From a virus (lineage: Duplodnaviria > Caudoviricetes), in the IMG/VR virus record IMGVR_UViG_3300027647_000002, positions 1 to 61,323 of that record: DNA of 61,323 bases; one strand, written 5' to 3'. The notes beneath the pieces were generated by a model that saw only the letters and a program-made list of their open reading frames with translations, had not been told where the DNA came from and did not search any database. A program made the translations under genes and the position numbers. Of the stretch, positions 43,252 to 53,665 are shown one piece after another. How positions within the stretch are numbered: the stretch's first letter is position 1; every line of letters starts with the position of its first letter.

Positions 43252-43856
43252 TTCGGCCCCATGAATTGGCCCGCGATCTCATCCCACAGTCCGGTTTCCG
43301 GCCGCGCGGCCGCGGCGTAGGCGTACCCTTTTGGTGGGATTAGGGTGGCGAGCTGGTCGTACGACAGCCAATACCCGTACGGCGCGAACCCGCTGTCGGC
43401 GATCCATACCCTGCGCGGCCCGTCGTCGCTGTAGCCCATGACGGTGAAGTAGTGCCAGACCGTGGAGCGCCCATAATTCGGCGAGATCGTCGACGGCGCC
43501 ACCGCCCGAGGCTGATTACCGACCGGGGCGACGATGTTGGTGATTACTCCCCAGCCGGCGTTGACCGACGAGACGATGTGCTCCCACAAGCGCTCTTTCT
43601 GCGACGCGGTGGGCGGATCGTCCGGCATGTTCACGGACGTGTACTGGGCTTGCGGGACACGTACATCCAGGACCCGCTCGATCAGCCCGATAAAGTCGGT
43701 GCCGTTCCAGGTGGTGCCGATCTCGCGGGCCAGCACAGATTCCGCCACCCGGATGCCGCGGGAGTCGAGTACGACCTGGGCGCTCGCTGGCCCGCACCAA
43801 TACCCGGTCTCCTGTGGGACGATGGCGCGGTCGTAGGGCAGTACCCGCTCGGGCAT
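43248..43856 (-). CDS. Lysin A, C39-like peptidase subunit
   Basis: QETGYWCGPAS...HYFTVMGY...IADSGF. Confidence 0.9.
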   Translation of the reverse strand: MPERVLPYDRAIVPQETGYWCGPASAQVVLDSRGIRVAESVLAREIGTTWNGTDFIGLIERVLDVRVPQAQYTSVNMPDDPPTASQKERLWEHIVSSVNAGWGVITNIVAPVGNQPRAVAPSTISPNYGRSTVWHYFTVMGYSDDGPRRVWIADSGFAPYGYWLSYDQLATLIPPKGYAYAAAARPETGLWDEIAGQFMGPK

Positions 43857-43866
43857 GCGGACTCCT

Positions 43867-44469
43867 TTACAGCTCGAGGTGGGCGACGATGCGGTCCGCG
43901 ATGTCGCGGCCGATCAACGAAGTGGGGGTGACGGTGAGCCCGAAACGGCCGAGGACGCCCGTGATCTCATCGACGGGGACGTCCAGGCGCTTGGCGACAT
44001 CCGACACCCTGTACTGCCCGGGCGGGACGTCGGGAGCGTCCGTGAGGCCGATCTTCTCCTTCACGTAGGTTTCGATCTCGGCGCGGTCCACAGCAGGAAG
44101 GCTCGACACCACATCCCTGATGGACGACCGCTCCGGCTCCGGAGTGCCGGGGTACACCCACTGCCCAGCCGCCAGCCAAGGATTCGCCGCCACGTGCAGC
44201 GGTGCCTGCCATTGCAGCCCCGGCTCGCCGACGAGATCGGCGCCGAGCACGCACTGGCGCCACGACACTTGCTCCCAGTACTCGACCGGGAACACCAGCG
44301 GCGCACCCTTCACGCCCGGCAAGGCGGTGTACATCCACAGGAACTTCTGCCGCGGATTGGTCAGATCGCAGTTGTCCCGGGTCGGTACACCTTTGCCGTC
44401 CCACGCCGGCCAGTCCTCGAACCGCTTTCCGTCGACCAGCCCGAGCTGAGACGATTTCGCCACGGTCAC
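43867..44469 (-). CDS. Minor tail protein (DUF2744-like)
   Basis: PTRDNCDLTNPRQKFLW...LPG..GAPL. Confidence 0.75.
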   Translation of the reverse strand: MTVAKSSQLGLVDGKRFEDWPAWDGKGVPTRDNCDLTNPRQKFLWMYTALPGVKGAPLVFPVEYWEQVSWRQCVLGADLVGEPGLQWQAPLHVAANPWLAAGQWVYPGTPEPERSSIRDVVSSLPAVDRAEIETYVKEKIGLTDAPDVPPGQYRVSDVAKRLDVPVDEITGVLGRFGLTVTPTSLIGRDIADRIVAHLEL

Positions 44470-46139
44470 ACTCCCAACTGCTGCAGCGCGGACACGATGG
44501 ACTCGATCCGCTCGTACGCCTTCGCCACCGGATCCTGGAATTCGCTGTTATCGCCGATCGTGATCGTCCATTCGGGAGCGGTTTGGCGGTCCCACGACAG
44601 CTGCACACGGGAGACTCGGTCCATGTAGATCCGGCCGGTCTTGTCGCCGCGGATCGTGTAGCCCGCCCGGTCGGACAACCACACATGTCCAGCCTCGCCG
44701 ATCAGGAACGGCATGCCGTCCCCGGCGCTGAATTCCGATGCCTCGAAACTCCTTGTGGCCCATATCCCGGCGCGCAGCACCATCAGCGAGGAGAGGGTGT
44801 AGGCCTTTCCTCCGCCCTCCTGGAAGTACTCGAAGTACCGTGTCCAGCCACCGTTGTTGGCGCGAGCCTCGGAAGTTGCTCGAATCCAGGCGAACAGGGC
44901 ATCGGTGTAGAGCGGGGCCAAAATTGCGTCAGCCACACCGCCAAGAGGCGGGACGCCGATCATCATGGCCGCGAGATCCCCCGCCAAAACGATCCCCGCT
45001 TTGATGGTCTCGTTGACCATGGGGGCCGAGTGGCCGCCAGTGATGACCTGGATACCCTTCGCCGGGCTCTTGCGATACCGGTAGTTGGTGAGCCCGGTCT
45101 GCTCGCCGTCGCGCCACACCGCGATCGGCAAAGCTTTCTGGGAGCGCTTCGATCCGACCTCGTAGTACTCGGGTGGGATCGAAGCGTCGGTGGACGTGGA
45201 CACAACCGGGTCGATCATGTCGCCCACAAACTCGGTCACCGTGCGGGTCAGACCATCCCAGATCGTGCCGCCATGGCTCGTGCCGGTGAAGGTGCCGGAC
45301 CGGTCGACGAACTCGACCACCCGGGTCCCATGACGCAAGGTCGGGGCGCCCGGCCACGGAGGCGGATCCCCGTTCAGCCAAGGTTTGATGACGACCGCGA
45401 TCTCACCATCGGCCATCATCGCCTTGGCCATCTCGTGAAAGTTCTTGAAGCGGGAGATCGCGATCCCCCACAGACAGCCCGACGCCATCGCATCGACGAA
45501 GCTGATCGGCTTCACCACCATGGACCACGTGGACTGATTCAGGCCGCCACGCTGCGCGGGATCCATCGGGTCGGACGGCAGCGCCCAGCTCGACGCGCGT
45601 TCACGCATCAGTTGGAGATCGAGGGTCAGAGACAGAACCCAGAGGATCGGACCCGGGAGCATAAAAATTTGCGGCCACTGGATCCAGTCGGGCAGAAACG
45701 GATTCGACCAGACCGAATACCACTTCAACCGCTCATAGTCGCTCAGAAATTTCGCGACGATGACCTGGTCGCCGGCCTCGTCCGCTTCGAGGTCCACCGA
45801 GTCCAGCAGTCCACCGACCGTGGAACCGCAGTACCTCACGGTGATGTTGACGTTGCGTTTCTCACCACGGTCGATCCGGCCCTGCTCGTCCCACAACCAC
45901 TGCCCCACCGGATGGTCGAACGGGTGGCGTAGTTCGATCGGGCCGGAGTCGTTCTCCGGTACGTCGACGTTCATCGAGTACTCGGCGCCGACGACATGCT
46001 GGAGCAGCATCTCCCCATCCCACAACTGCACCAGCGGCGGGATTTTGCGCATGTTCAGTTCGCGCTCACGTTCGCCGCGGGTGTGAGCCCAGATCTGTTC
46101 GCATTGATCGAGCAGGGAGGCTTCGAGGTCGACGGCCAT
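44466..46139 (-). CDS. Minor tail protein (baseplate hub type)
   Basis: PPLVQLWDG...WSNPFLP...GGHSAPMVN; position. Confidence 0.85.
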   Translation of the reverse strand: MAVDLEASLLDQCEQIWAHTRGERERELNMRKIPPLVQLWDGEMLLQHVVGAEYSMNVDVPENDSGPIELRHPFDHPVGQWLWDEQGRIDRGEKRNVNITVRYCGSTVGGLLDSVDLEADEAGDQVIVAKFLSDYERLKWYSVWSNPFLPDWIQWPQIFMLPGPILWVLSLTLDLQLMRERASSWALPSDPMDPAQRGGLNQSTWSMVVKPISFVDAMASGCLWGIAISRFKNFHEMAKAMMADGEIAVVIKPWLNGDPPPWPGAPTLRHGTRVVEFVDRSGTFTGTSHGGTIWDGLTRTVTEFVGDMIDPVVSTSTDASIPPEYYEVGSKRSQKALPIAVWRDGEQTGLTNYRYRKSPAKGIQVITGGHSAPMVNETIKAGIVLAGDLAAMMIGVPPLGGVADAILAPLYTDALFAWIRATSEARANNGGWTRYFEYFQEGGGKAYTLSSLMVLRAGIWATRSFEASEFSAGDGMPFLIGEAGHVWLSDRAGYTIRGDKTGRIYMDRVSRVQLSWDRQTAPEWTITIGDNSEFQDPVAKAYERIESIVSALQQLGV

Positions 46140-47081
46140 CTACTGGCCTCCGATCGCTTCGGACCACAGGCGTGGCTGCACCAGCTGCACCATCGCCCCA
46201 CTCGCGGGCGCATCCGTCACTGTGACAGGCAATGGGATGGGGGTCGTGGTCCATGGCGGTATCGGATACTCGAAGAACATGCCCGGAATAGGCATCTGCC
46301 CCAGCAGGTTGGTGCCGTGGGCGTCCCGGACCATCAATTCCATCGGGTCCAGATCCACCACGCCACCACCATGCAGGGCGGTGATCTCCGGCATCAGGAT
46401 CGTCCGCTCCGAATCATCGCGGCCGGTGAGCTTGCTCGGCCCCGGAACACGACCCCGGCGGGGCCCGGTCCACGAGAGGTCCGGCAGCGTCCACTTCCCG
46501 CGGGTGATGATCCATTTCTGGTACATCACCTGATCGGTCGGATTGGAGACCAGCACAGTCCCGGACCCCGACGTCGAGTCCGTCGACCAGTGGGTGATGT
46601 GGGGTTGCTCGTACCAGAACGGCTGACCGGCGCGCAGCGGCAGGATCGGGTTCCCGTATCCGGTGACCAGTGGGTCTATCCCGGGATCGAAATCCGGCTC
46701 CTCGTACAGCTGCACATCCAGGAAGCGCGTCGAAGTGTCGGTGGACACCTCGATCATCGCCAGCCGGGCGTCCGGGTCCCAGTCGTCCTCGCGGTAGTCG
46801 AACGCCTGCCGGAACCGGGACATGATGTCTTCCTGGTCCCCGTCTTCGACGAACTGCTCGGCCACATGGAAGCCCAGCGACAGGTCCCGCCATTCGAACC
46901 AGCGCCCCTTCGGCCGGCCACCGACCCCGCGTGCGGTGGCCTTCCACTCCGTCCGGACCGGCGCCGCGAACAGTCCCTTCACCTGCTCGGCAGAAAGGAT
47001 CACACCTTCCGTGCCCTGCCCCTTGCCGTGAACCTGCCAGAAGGACTTGTCGGTCCCGTGGATTTTGATGTTCAGGCTCAC
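46140..47081 (-). CDS. Distal tail protein (Dit)
   Basis: Directly after tape measure; LRAGQPFW...SNPTD. Confidence 0.85.
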   Translation of the reverse strand: MSLNIKIHGTDKSFWQVHGKGQGTEGVILSAEQVKGLFAAPVRTEWKATARGVGGRPKGRWFEWRDLSLGFHVAEQFVEDGDQEDIMSRFRQAFDYREDDWDPDARLAMIEVSTDTSTRFLDVQLYEEPDFDPGIDPLVTGYGNPILPLRAGQPFWYEQPHITHWSTDSTSGSGTVLVSNPTDQVMYQKWIITRGKWTLPDLSWTGPRRGRVPGPSKLTGRDDSERTILMPEITALHGGGVVDLDPMELMVRDAHGTNLLGQMPIPGMFFEYPIPPWTTTPIPLPVTVTDAPASGAMVQLVQPRLWSEAIGGQ

Positions 47082-50000
47082 TTGAACGGCCTCCCCGCAT
47101 AGCGCATCGTTGCCCGCTCCTGTTGGCGCATCCCGTACTTCACCGCGGCCATACCGTCGGAGAAGGTGGGGTTGTGGATGTTGACCGAGAAGTCCGGCGG
47201 CGCCGCCGCGGCTGGCTCCAGCAGCGAGCCCTCCATAAATTGGCGCATCTGATCCGGGCCGTTGAAGATCGGCTCCGGACGGTTCGACAGGTTGACCGCC
47301 ATCTGCCCCGGCTCCAGCCAACCGCCCTGGTCATAAACGCCCAGTGGCAGCATCTTCAGCCACTCCGCGATCCGCAACGGCGCCAGAGCCGCATACGGCG
47401 TCAGCAGTGACGGGTCGCCGTCGGTGGTCACCGGGAGCTGGTTGTCGATCTCCCCTTGCGTGAACGACCTGGCCCGCGCCTGCCCGATCAGCGAATCAGC
47501 GTGCGGGGTGTGGTTCTCGAAGTCCGGAAGCTCGATATCGAGCCACCGCGACTTCCCGATGCCGAACGGGATCTCCTCACGGACCGTGTCCACGAACATG
47601 CCGAAGATGTCGGAACCGAACTGCTTGATCCGGTCAGCGATCGACCCGGCAAGGGAATCCTTCTCGCCACCCTTCAAGGCTTCGTCGCGGGCGCGGATAG
47701 CGTCCGAATAGTCCAGGTCCGCCGACTTGAGGTCCGCGTCCGTCGATTCCGGGTCCGCATACACCTGATTGCGCTTCTGCTTCGCCGCGTCCACCGCAAG
47801 CTCCGCGCGTGCCAGGTCGGACTCCTCTTCGGAGTACTGCCGTTCCAATGGCGGCGCCTCGGGCACGTAGTCGTCGGTGACGGCGTAAGCGGCCTCGTCC
47901 TTCTCCTCCTGTAGTTTCACCACGGACTGTTCGGCTTGCCGGACCCGCATGTCCGCGCGACGGCGCTCGAGGTCGGTGGACTCGGCGTCGTCGTACACCT
48001 TCTGCCGGGCCTGTTTGGCTTCCTCGACATCGAGCATCGCCTCGTCGAGCTTCAGCTGGTCCTCTTCGGTCCAGCCCTCCTCATCCGCAGCGAGGCCGAC
48101 CCCCGGCCGGCCGATACCCTCGATGAGAGCGTTCGGGAGGTGGAAGTGGTTGGTGTACTGAGGGTCCGTCGCGCCCACTGCAGGGGATCCGACACGGGCG
48201 GTGCCATGCGAACCGCCGGACTCGACCGGCTGCCCGGCGAGAGTGGCCGACATGTGCTCCTGGTTCACCCCGACCCGGAACCACGTTCCCGAGGGCCCGA
48301 GGCCACGCACCAGGCCCGCGGTCGCACCGTCAAGCAGCGAGTATGTGGTGTACAGGCGGCCGATCGGTTCGGTCACACCCATCAGCAACTGCTGCACCCA
48401 CCCGACCAGGCCGGAGCAGTCGAAGTTACTGGGCCCGGTGCCGCCCCACTCGTAAATGCTTCCGGTCACCGACCGTAGCTTGGACAGGGCCCGGGACACA
48501 CCAGTCGGGACGGTGCCGCCCTCAGCGAACGCCGGCAGCCACCGCTTCAACGCCGGATCGTCCCGGTTGATCATCTTCAGCAGACCACGCCACTTGCTCG
48601 CCGAGGACTCTTTGATGACCTCCTCGCCGCGCGACACCCACGATGTCGGGATGCCGGTCGCCTGGTCGATGCCCAGGATCGAGTCGGATGTCCCCGTACC
48701 CGGGCCGGAGATCGTGCCGCCACCAGCGTTGCGCGGCAAGATCGGGCCCTGCACATTCGGTCCACCCAAGGCGGCCGCGCGCTGCTCGGCCTCGATCAGC
48801 GTCCCGATGATGTTGAACTTCTTGTCCGGGATCGGGGTCGTCGCGATCTCTTCCAGCTTGCGCTTCGCCTCGTCGGTCTCGGCGATGACCGTGATCTTCC
48901 CGTCGACCTCCGACAGCCGGATGCCCTCGTCCTTGAGGTCCAGCAGTTTCTGCTTCGCATCATCGGTGAGCGCATCCGCGCGGACCGTCACACCCTCACC
49001 GTTCGCCTCCAGCAGGGATGCGATCGTGGTGAGTTCTACCTGCACGGAATCGGCGCCCTCGAGCTCCGCCAGCATCCGGATCCGGTCCGGCACATACCCC
49101 GCCGCCGCGGCCAGCCCCTCGACCTCCTGGACAGTGAGACCAGCAGCATTCGCCAGCGATTCGAACTGCTTACGGTCCCCCTCCAGCGCAGCTTCCAAAT
49201 CGCCGCCGGATTCCGCGACACCCAGCGTCACATCCATGATCGCCTTGAGGGTGTCGTACAGTCGCTGCCCGTTCTCGGTGGATGTATCCACCGACCCGGC
49301 GAGCGGGCCCTCCTGCAAGATCAGCTGCTGGCCGGCGCCGAGCTCCGCATTCCACTCCTGCGTAACACGGGTGGTGTCGCGGACCTGCTCGTTATAGTTC
49401 GCCAGAGCGTCCTGGGCGCTGATCTGCTTACCGGCCAACACCTCCAGAGCGGTGCGCATCGCCGAGATCCGGTCCGACGCGGTACCCGACTCATCCGCGA
49501 TGGTCTTCATCGCATCGGCGAGAGTGAAAAACCCGGGAGTGGTGTCCTTCGCGATCTGCTTCGAATCCAGCATGCCGTCCCGGACCGCCTGCAGATGCGA
49601 GACGGCGAACCGGCCGGCAGTGCCCATGTCATTCAGGCGGGCCGTGAGGCTGGCGAACTCAGCGTCATCCGCCAAGGCTGCCGACAACTGCTCGTCCGAC
49701 ATCTTCAGTTCATCGAGCGCCTTGACGGCGTCCTTCCAGGTGTCAGCAGTCCACTGCCGGTCCCGGGCCTCGTTGAACTTCGCGGGATTCAGGTACTTGT
49801 CCCACATCCCAGGGGTGTCCTTGGACAGCGCCTCCATCTCGCGGCGCATGATCCCGATCTGGCTGCTGGCGTTCGACAGTGCCTCGTCGTCGAACGCGCC
49901 CGAAGTCCGGGACAGGATCTCGGTCATCTCGCTGCGTGCGACACCGATATCCCGGGCGACAGCCGACAGTTCACGGACGGTCTGCTTCGCCTTCTCTGCG

Positions 50001-51598
50001 TCGGAGGCCAGCTTCATCAAGCCGACCGTCGCCGCCATGATCGCGATCGTCCACGGACCGCCGAGAGCCCCCACCAGCCCCGAGCCCGCCGCGCGCAGCC
50101 CCGTCGTCGCCGCGGCGGCAGTACCTGCGGTGCGACCGAAGTGGCTGGCGCCGGCAGCGGCGTTCATGAACGACTGCTGCATCTGGCCGACGATCGGGCG
50201 ATGGGTGCCGAGCTGCTGCACCGCAGAACCGAACCGGCCCAACTGGGTAGCGCCGACACCGGCGACCTGGGCGACGCCGCCGGTCGCCGTGGCGACACCA
50301 CGGACCGCGGTGATCGCGCCGCCCGCGCTGGAGCCGATCGCGCCGAGCCGGTCGCTGATCGGTGCCATAACCCGCGGCAGGTACCGCCACGCCAAGAAAG
50401 CGCCTGCGAGAGCGAGTACCGCGGTCTGGTTGGAGGCCATCAGCCCGCCGACCGCACCCAACGTCGGCACCAGGACACCGGCGGCGATCTGCGTGACACC
50501 CTGCAGTGTGGTGGTGAGCGCAGTCCAGGCGCCGACACCGAGTGCGCCCGAAGCAGCGCCCAGAGACTTCGCGATATCGGCGATGGCAGGACCGGCAGCC
50601 TGGGCGGCTTCGACGACTCCGCCGATCGTTGCCCGCGCCTGGTCCAGGCCATCAGCAAGAGTTTTGGCCGCGTCGGACCCGGCGAACGCCGTCCACATCG
50701 CAGCCACGCCGGGGACTACACGCTTGAATATGAGCGCGTCGATGCGTTCAGCGAACGGCCCCATACTCTCGGTGGCGTTGTCGATCTGTGCGGTCAGCCC
50801 GCCGAATCCTGCGCCGAGGCGGCCGAACACCGGTTCCAGCGCTGCGGCGCCGAGGCGGCCGAGGGCCGCATTGGTGTTGGCGATAGCGCCCTTGACCGTG
50901 GCGCCGGATTCCAGTGCGGCGCCGCCGAGGCCGGTCCGCATAGCGTTGGCGAACGCTTCGAAGTTGACCTTGCCGTCGGAGGCAAGCTTGACCGTTTCCT
51001 CCGCGGTCTTCCCCAGCTCCTGCGACAGCAGCTGAACGATCGGGATGCCCTTGTCACCCAACTGGTCGATGACATCGCCCTGGATCTTGTTGGACGTGGC
51101 GACCTTGTTGAAGATGCCGCCCATCTCCGAGATCCCGACACCGGCGATCGTCGCCGCGTCGCCGACCAGCTTCAGATGCTTGGTCAGCTCCTCGCCGGGC
51201 TTGATGCCAGCAGCGACAGCACCGGCGGCCGTGGTTGCCGCGTCACCCAGGCCGAAGGCTGTGCCCTTCACCGCCGCCAGGGCGTTGTCCATGATCTCGG
51301 CGATCGTGGCCGCATCATGTCCGAGGCCACGCAACTTGCCCTGCGCGTCGTCGATCGCAGTGAGCCGGCCGAAACCCTTCGTGAGAGCAGTTGCCATCAC
51401 CCCGCCAGCGACAGCGCCAGCAGCGATAGCGCCCGTCCTCAGTGCGGCCCCCATGCCCGCGGCGAGCCGGCGGCCGATGGTCTCACCCTGAGCGTCCGCG
51501 TCCCGGCCGCCCTGCTGAATGGCGTTGTTGATCTGCCCGGGAATCTGGGAGGTGTCGGCGACGAGTGACACGTAACCCACGGCAAGCTCTACGGCCAC
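47078..51598 (-). CDS. Tape measure protein with NlpC/P60-like muralytic motif
   Basis: About 1506 aa, Ala/Gly-rich; GPGTGTSDSI; YEWGG...DCSGLV...H. Confidence 0.95.
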   Translation of the reverse strand: MAVELAVGYVSLVADTSQIPGQINNAIQQGGRDADAQGETIGRRLAAGMGAALRTGAIAAGAVAGGVMATALTKGFGRLTAIDDAQGKLRGLGHDAATIAEIMDNALAAVKGTAFGLGDAATTAAGAVAAGIKPGEELTKHLKLVGDAATIAGVGISEMGGIFNKVATSNKIQGDVIDQLGDKGIPIVQLLSQELGKTAEETVKLASDGKVNFEAFANAMRTGLGGAALESGATVKGAIANTNAALGRLGAAALEPVFGRLGAGFGGLTAQIDNATESMGPFAERIDALIFKRVVPGVAAMWTAFAGSDAAKTLADGLDQARATIGGVVEAAQAAGPAIADIAKSLGAASGALGVGAWTALTTTLQGVTQIAAGVLVPTLGAVGGLMASNQTAVLALAGAFLAWRYLPRVMAPISDRLGAIGSSAGGAITAVRGVATATGGVAQVAGVGATQLGRFGSAVQQLGTHRPIVGQMQQSFMNAAAGASHFGRTAGTAAAATTGLRAAGSGLVGALGGPWTIAIMAATVGLMKLASDAEKAKQTVRELSAVARDIGVARSEMTEILSRTSGAFDDEALSNASSQIGIMRREMEALSKDTPGMWDKYLNPAKFNEARDRQWTADTWKDAVKALDELKMSDEQLSAALADDAEFASLTARLNDMGTAGRFAVSHLQAVRDGMLDSKQIAKDTTPGFFTLADAMKTIADESGTASDRISAMRTALEVLAGKQISAQDALANYNEQVRDTTRVTQEWNAELGAGQQLILQEGPLAGSVDTSTENGQRLYDTLKAIMDVTLGVAESGGDLEAALEGDRKQFESLANAAGLTVQEVEGLAAAAGYVPDRIRMLAELEGADSVQVELTTIASLLEANGEGVTVRADALTDDAKQKLLDLKDEGIRLSEVDGKITVIAETDEAKRKLEEIATTPIPDKKFNIIGTLIEAEQRAAALGGPNVQGPILPRNAGGGTISGPGTGTSDSILGIDQATGIPTSWVSRGEEVIKESSASKWRGLLKMINRDDPALKRWLPAFAEGGTVPTGVSRALSKLRSVTGSIYEWGGTGPSNFDCSGLVGWVQQLLMGVTEPIGRLYTTYSLLDGATAGLVRGLGPSGTWFRVGVNQEHMSATLAGQPVESGGSHGTARVGSPAVGATDPQYTNHFHLPNALIEGIGRPGVGLAADEEGWTEEDQLKLDEAMLDVEEAKQARQKVYDDAESTDLERRRADMRVRQAEQSVVKLQEEKDEAAYAVTDDYVPEAPPLERQYSEEESDLARAELAVDAAKQKRNQVYADPESTDADLKSADLDYSDAIRARDEALKGGEKDSLAGSIADRIKQFGSDIFGMFVDTVREEIPFGIGKSRWLDIELPDFENHTPHADSLIGQARARSFTQGEIDNQLPVTTDGDPSLLTPYAALAPLRIAEWLKMLPLGVYDQGGWLEPGQMAVNLSNRPEPIFNGPDQMRQFMEGSLLEPAAAAPPDFSVNIHNPTFSDGMAAVKYGMRQQERATMRYAGRPFK

Positions 51599-51703
51599 GG
51601 ACACCTCCTATTTCGTTGTTTCATCGCCCACCGAAGTGGGTAACCGGTAATGTTTGTTCTCTCTCGCGCCGAGGCGACGCGCGAACTTCCCGAAGGGAAC
51701 TCC

Positions 51704-52177
51704 ATGAGAACGCGCGTCATAACAGCGCTGGCGACGCTCACTGTCGGGTTGGCTGCCGGTTGCGGCAGTGGTCCTGCCGACGAGGGGTCAGCGCCTACCG
51801 CCGAGGAGCAGTCGGTCCTGCCCTGGACCGACATGGCGATCCAATACGGAAACGTCACAACCAAGGACTGCTCGATACACCCAACGATTCAGCTGGTCGG
51901 CACCTGCCACCTCATGCTGAAATCCGACATCACATCTATGTCCCAATACGCCACCGAGGCACTTCATGTCAGCAAGGAACGCACCGACCTGACTATCGCC
52001 ATCAACAATTGGCAGGAGACGGTGAGCGAGTTCCAAGACAACATGTGCTTCAGCCGCGAGAAGGCCATTGAATGCATCACCGGCGAGACGCTGTTGAACC
52101 TGAAGTTGACCACCATTCAGGGCCGCATCCAGCAAGGAGTGAAGGCGGAGCAGGACCGCAACAGGGCGGCCGGCTAA
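51704..52177 (+). CDS. Lipoprotein moron opposite the tail operon
   Basis: LAAGC lipobox; own RBS; lower GC. Confidence 0.8.
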   Translation: MRTRVITALATLTVGLAAGCGSGPADEGSAPTAEEQSVLPWTDMAIQYGNVTTKDCSIHPTIQLVGTCHLMLKSDITSMSQYATEALHVSKERTDLTIAINNWQETVSEFQDNMCFSREKAIECITGETLLNLKLTTIQGRIQQGVKAEQDRNRAAG

Positions 52178-52584
52178 CCCGCCTGCTTCGCCCGAGCTCG
52201 CGCTCGGCGTGCGGCCAACTCGTCCTTGATCTTGTCGATCGGGACGACCTTCGCCGGTTTGCGTTCCGGCTCAGGACGAGTCGGCTCGAACAACTTCGGC
52301 CGAGACCCCTTCCCGCCGCCGCGCTGCCAGTTCGCACCCTGAAGAGCAAGCAGCTGGGCGGAGGCGATCTGGGTCGGGGTGTCGTACCACCAGTCGTCCG
52401 GGAACCTCGCCCGGTACAGGGCCGAGGTTCCGTTCGGTGGAAGGTTTTCGAGAATCACCCGCAGCTCATGCCATGAGAGGCGGTCGCCGATGTCGTAGAG
52501 ATGCCAACCGCGTTCGAGGAGGTCGGCTTCGATAGCCTCCGCATGCTCTCCGGTCAGGAGCGCGCGGAGGCTCCGGATTCCCCC
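52174..52584 (-). CDS. Tail assembly chaperone, -1 frameshift extension (GT)
   Basis: GGGGGAA slip site at 52578-52584; AIEADLL..G...LSW...LQGANWQRGG. Confidence 0.8.
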   Translation of the reverse strand, partial: GGIRSLRALLTGEHAEAIEADLLERGWHLYDIGDRLSWHELRVILENLPPNGTSALYRARFPDDWWYDTPTQIASAQLLALQGANWQRGGGKGSRPKLFEPTRPEPERKPAKVVPIDKIKDELAARRARARAKQAG

Positions 52585-52928
52585 ACCTTCACTCCGGAGG
52601 CTTTGAGCCACTGGTTATCGATGTCGATCAGCACGCCCCGCGCCAGCCCGGTCACTTTGCTATAGGTTTCCGCCGGCAGGAGCAGCTCGAGAAGTTTCAG
52701 CATCGGGTCATAGGTGCGCATCTTCTTGCGATCGGCGGCGCTGGCCTTGGTGCTGGCTTTCACCTTCTTCTCCCACTCTTCCAGCCACGGCTCGTACTCC
52801 TCCATGACGGGTTCGGGAAGGTATTCGACCTTGGGGACGGTGAATTCCAGGACGGAGCCGTCGTCGAGTTCGACCTCGAAGTCCACCTGGTTTTCGGGAT
52901 TGCGCGCACCTGCGATGCGGATAGCCAT
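52554..52928 (-). CDS. Tail assembly chaperone (G)
   Basis: Between tail tube and tape measure; slip site near 3' end. Confidence 0.85.
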   Translation of the reverse strand: MAIRIAGARNPENQVDFEVELDDGSVLEFTVPKVEYLPEPVMEEYEPWLEEWEKKVKASTKASAADRKKMRTYDPMLKLLELLLPAETYSKVTGLARGVLIDIDNQWLKASGVKVGESGASARS

Positions 52929-53035
52929 GTGATCCGGACCTTTCGATGAGAGGTGGAATCCGGGCCCGAAGGCCCGCCCCGGCAGGGCAGGCCCGGATCA
53001 AGGGGTGAATTGAAACCCCGCCGGGGCGAGTCTGG

Positions 53036-53605
53036 TTACGATCCGTCAGGCACTTCTTCGATGTATTCGATGACGTTGTCGCCAAACGGGTTCGGGTACG
53101 CCTTCACGGTGAGCTGGTACTTCACCATGTCGGTGTGCACGACGGTGATATCGCCGACGGCGGTGACCTGGCCGATCGGGATAATCTGCCGCTTCAACCG
53201 GTCGTTATCGCCGATGGTGTCGATCACGAATACCGAGCGGGGCAGGCGCACCTTGTTGTGCTTGACGGTGATCAGCCCGCTGCCGTTGTCGGTGACGTTG
53301 GAGTCGCCGAACGTGGTCTTCAGAACGTTGAGGTTGCCGTCCTCAAGCAGGGTGACCTGCACCGACCAGTCGTAGCTGTTCTGCGTGGTGGCGACGGTGT
53401 CGCCGCCGAACGCTTTCAGGTCGGTGATGTCACGGGCCGAGGTGATGACGAATCCCTCTTCGCCGGCGTACCCGTGATCGAGATAGTCGACCGCCAGCTC
53501 CGTGGACGCATCCGTCGGCAGCGCGGTGCCCAGTAGTGCCCGGTAGAAGACTCCTGCGCCTCCGGGCCGGGGCGCGGGGACGTAGACGTTAGCCGAATCG
53601 GCCAT
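53036..53605 (-). CDS. Major tail tube protein
   Basis: ALLGTALPTDA...GYAGEEG...AFGGD; ends PDGS. Confidence 0.9.
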   Translation of the reverse strand: MADSANVYVPAPRPGGAGVFYRALLGTALPTDASTELAVDYLDHGYAGEEGFVITSARDITDLKAFGGDTVATTQNSYDWSVQVTLLEDGNLNVLKTTFGDSNVTDNGSGLITVKHNKVRLPRSVFVIDTIGDNDRLKRQIIPIGQVTAVGDITVVHTDMVKYQLTVKAYPNPFGDNVIEYIEEVPDGS

Positions 53606-53665
53606 GATGATTGCCCCTTTCGAAGGCGATGTGATCCGGGCCTGAAAGGGAAATCTGAGAAAGGA

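Noticed and set aside
49452-51568. Long + strand ORFs (527 and 657 aa), and similar ones at 24127, 44202 and 54786
   Set aside because: Antisense shadows of high-GC genes that have clear minus-strand products.
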